Source: an uncultured delta proteobacterium (GTDB lineage Bacteria; Desulfobacterota; RBG-13-43-22). Taken from it: 64,000 nucleotides of DNA. Every line of letters starts with the position of its first letter. Positions within the stretch are counted from its first letter, which is position 1. Under the pieces are notes generated by a model. It was not told the DNA's origin, made no database searches, and saw nothing but the letters and a program-made list of their open reading frames with translations. A program made the translations under genes and the position numbers. Below are positions 61,927 through 64,000 of the stretch, piece after piece. Where the stretch lies: the NCBI GenBank assembly GCA_963711835.1, contig CAVQFQ010000017.1:608001-672000 (forward strand). Reading direction: 5' to 3'.

Positions 61927-63513
61927 ATGCAAGTGACCTGTTTAGGGGCTGCCCGGACGGTAACCGGGTCCTGTTTTTTAATTGAAAACGAAAGCCTCCG
62001 CTTTTTGGTTGATTGCGGGATGTTTCAGGGCGGCAAAGAAATCGAAAAAAGAAATCACTCTTTAGGACGCTACCGGCCCCAGGAACTGAAATATATCCTT
62101 TTGACCCATGCCCATATCGATCACTCCGGTCTCATCCCCAAGGCGGTCAAGGAGGGCTTTAGAGGCAAGATCCTCTGCACCCAGGCCACCTTTGAGCTCT
62201 GCCGCATCATGCTGCTCGACAGCGCCCATATCCAGGAAAACGAGGCCGAATGGCAGAGCCGGAAGAACGTCCGTTCCGGGCAGAAGCCGGTCGAACCGTT
62301 ATATACCAGGGAGGATGCCGAGCGGAGTCTGACCTTGTTTCAGCCCGTGGATCAGGGGGATTGCGTCAATCTGAGCCCGGATATCCGGGTCTGTTTTCGC
62401 AACGCCGGCCATATCCTCGGTTCGGCCTTCCTGGAGATTATTTTTCAGGAAAAGGGCTTGGCCGGCAAATGTGTTTTTTCGGGTGATATCGGACGCCAGG
62501 AGGCCATGATCGTTCCTGATCCGGATATCATCGAGGAAGCCGATTTTTTGTTCGTGGAATCCACCTATGGGGATCGGCAGCACAAGTCATTGGAAGAAAG
62601 CAAAGCCGAATTGCTGGCCGCCATTCAGGAGGGGATCAAGTACGGCGAAAAGATTATCATCCCGGCCTTTGCCGTTGAACGGACTCAGGAAGTCTTATAC
62701 GTCATAAATGAATTTCAGCATCAGGGTCTGATTCCTTCTCTTCCGGTCTTCGTGGACAGCCCTTTGGCCATATCGGCCACGGAGATTTTCAGAAAGTTCC
62801 CGGAATACCTGGACGGCGAAACCTCCCGGCTTACCGCCCAGGGAATCAACCCCCTGGATCTCCCCAATTTGATTTTTTCCCGGACCGCCGAAGAGTCGAT
62901 GGCCATCAACCGCCAGGAAGGGTCGGCGATCATCATAGCCGCCAGCGGCATGTGTGATGCCGGAAGGATCAAACACCATCTCAAGCACAACCTCTGGAGG
63001 CCGGGAGCTCAGATCGTCATCATCGGCTTCCAGGCCCAAGGGACCTTAGGCCGCTCCATCGTCGATGGGGCCAGGAAAGTGCGGCTCTTCCGGGAGGAAG
63101 TGGCTGTGCGGGCCAAGGTGCATACCATCGGCGGTTTTTCGGCCCATGCCGATCAAAAGGAATTGCTAACCTGGATCGGCCACTTTAAGAATCCGAAACT
63201 CAAGGTCTTTGTCATCCACGGGGAAGAAACGGCCAGCCTGGCCCTGGCCCAGACCCTTCAAAAAGCCTTCCCCTTCCAGGTGGCTGTGCCCCGCTGGCTG
63301 GAAACCATCGCTTTGACTCCTCCGGCCGTAAGACCGGCAGAGCTGACCTCGGAAGCCGAAGATATCCCGGCCCTCTTGGCTACCTTGGAAGAACGCCTGC
63401 ATTCCTTCAAGGGCTATCTGGCAGGGATCACCGGTCTCAAAAAAGGAAAATTCCCGGAGATCAGGAACCTCCTGAAGAAGACCGACAAGGCATTTGAAGG
63501 AATGATGAAGTGA
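61927..63513 (+). CDS. Metallo-beta-lactamase / beta-CASP RNA-metabolising hydrolase
   Basis: THAHIDHSG, AGHILGS, ESTYG, FSAHAD, HGE. Confidence 0.92.
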   Translation: MQVTCLGAARTVTGSCFLIENESLRFLVDCGMFQGGKEIEKRNHSLGRYRPQELKYILLTHAHIDHSGLIPKAVKEGFRGKILCTQATFELCRIMLLDSAHIQENEAEWQSRKNVRSGQKPVEPLYTREDAERSLTLFQPVDQGDCVNLSPDIRVCFRNAGHILGSAFLEIIFQEKGLAGKCVFSGDIGRQEAMIVPDPDIIEEADFLFVESTYGDRQHKSLEESKAELLAAIQEGIKYGEKIIIPAFAVERTQEVLYVINEFQHQGLIPSLPVFVDSPLAISATEIFRKFPEYLDGETSRLTAQGINPLDLPNLIFSRTAEESMAINRQEGSAIIIAASGMCDAGRIKHHLKHNLWRPGAQIVIIGFQAQGTLGRSIVDGARKVRLFREEVAVRAKVHTIGGFSAHADQKELLTWIGHFKNPKLKVFVIHGEETASLALAQTLQKAFPFQVAVPRWLETIALTPPAVRPAELTSEAEDIPALLATLEERLHSFKGYLAGITGLKKGKFPEIRNLLKKTDKAFEGMMK

Positions 63514-63632
63514 GATAACCATCGAGCCCCTCCTTGAGGCTTTAAGAACGCATTGAAGCCGTGATAAAACCTCCGCTGCGGCCTTTAAGAGTCAGGCGTC
63601 ATTAATTCACCTTAAATATTAAATCACCGCAA

Positions 63633-63850
63633 AGGGTTTCAGGGGTCTTGATTTCAAGGTTGTCCGAAAGGTAATCCATAGCCCCAACCCGGCCCGAATT
63701 TCTAAGTGGGTTGGGAGCCGGGCATTCACCCAAGCCGATAAATCGCTTTGGTGTTGGCCTGTTTCTAAACCCACTTATAGACTTCCTGCCCGGGTTCAGG
63801 CTGCCGGCGTTTTGGCGGACAATCCTTGAAATCAAGACCCCTGAAACCCT
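63633..63850. mobile_element. Inverted-repeat element, copy D (no recognisable outer shell)
   Basis: AGGGTTTCAGGGGTCTTGATTTCAAGGTTGTCCG / CGGACAATCCTTGAAATCAAGACCCCTGAAACCCT; core closely matches copy C. Confidence 0.85.
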
Positions 63851-63905
63851 CTACGAATGGAGTGCTTAAAAATCAAGTAACTTTGGGACAAACTCTAATT
63901 TTATA

Positions 63906-64000
63906 ATGGAAATCACCTTGCCATCCAGACACCCTTTGGAAAAATTTCTTTTGCAGGTCCGCCGTCCCAGCCGCTATCTGGGCCGGGAACTTTTTTCAGT
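63906..64000 (+). CDS. N-terminus of a probable TIGR03960-type radical SAM protein (partial)
   Basis: MEITLPSRHPLEKFLLQVRRPSRYLGRELFS resembles the V.kP.RY.GgE.n start of that family; only 31 codons visible. Confidence 0.55.
   Translation, partial: MEITLPSRHPLEKFLLQVRRPSRYLGRELFS

Overview
Bacterial chromosomal window; the gene content (glutaryl-CoA dehydrogenase Acd with GcdA, TonB receptor, probable selenoprotein) suggests an anaerobic deltaproteobacterium (Desulfobacterota/Syntrophales-like), which is an inference. In order it holds: (1) an IclR-led sugar-acid catabolic operon with TctABC, DctP, M24-fold hydrolase, Gfo/Idh/MocA, IolB-like, KDPG-aldolase-like, LarA-like and Zn-dehydrogenase genes; (2) an accessory region at about 11.4-18.7 kb that looks like a decayed gene-cassette array (GNAT, HEXXH protein, isochorismatase, MqsRA-like toxin-antitoxin pair, pirin, DUF1579, attC-like hairpins, ISL3 scar); (3) a TonB/ABC metal-chelate uptake operon with a dual-hairpin attenuator leader; (4) housekeeping genes priA-def-fmt-rsmB-rpe, serS, queD and tRNA-Met; (5) a DUF1573 gene with an in-frame UGA, glycosyltransferases, ftsH and a MacAB-like exporter; (6) cinA, gcdA, acd, ACAD, thiolase, nth, polX, LOG and a beta-CASP nuclease. 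The top observations are a six-copy non-coding element with nested, covarying inverted repeats whose core is flipped relative to its shell between copies, a 356-bp GIY-YIG nuclease cassette bounded by dRS3/CGTC-type palindromes next to an empty copy, and the UxC selenoprotein candidate. Several single-base frameshifts are most likely assembly errors. All calls were made by eye; no database searches were run.
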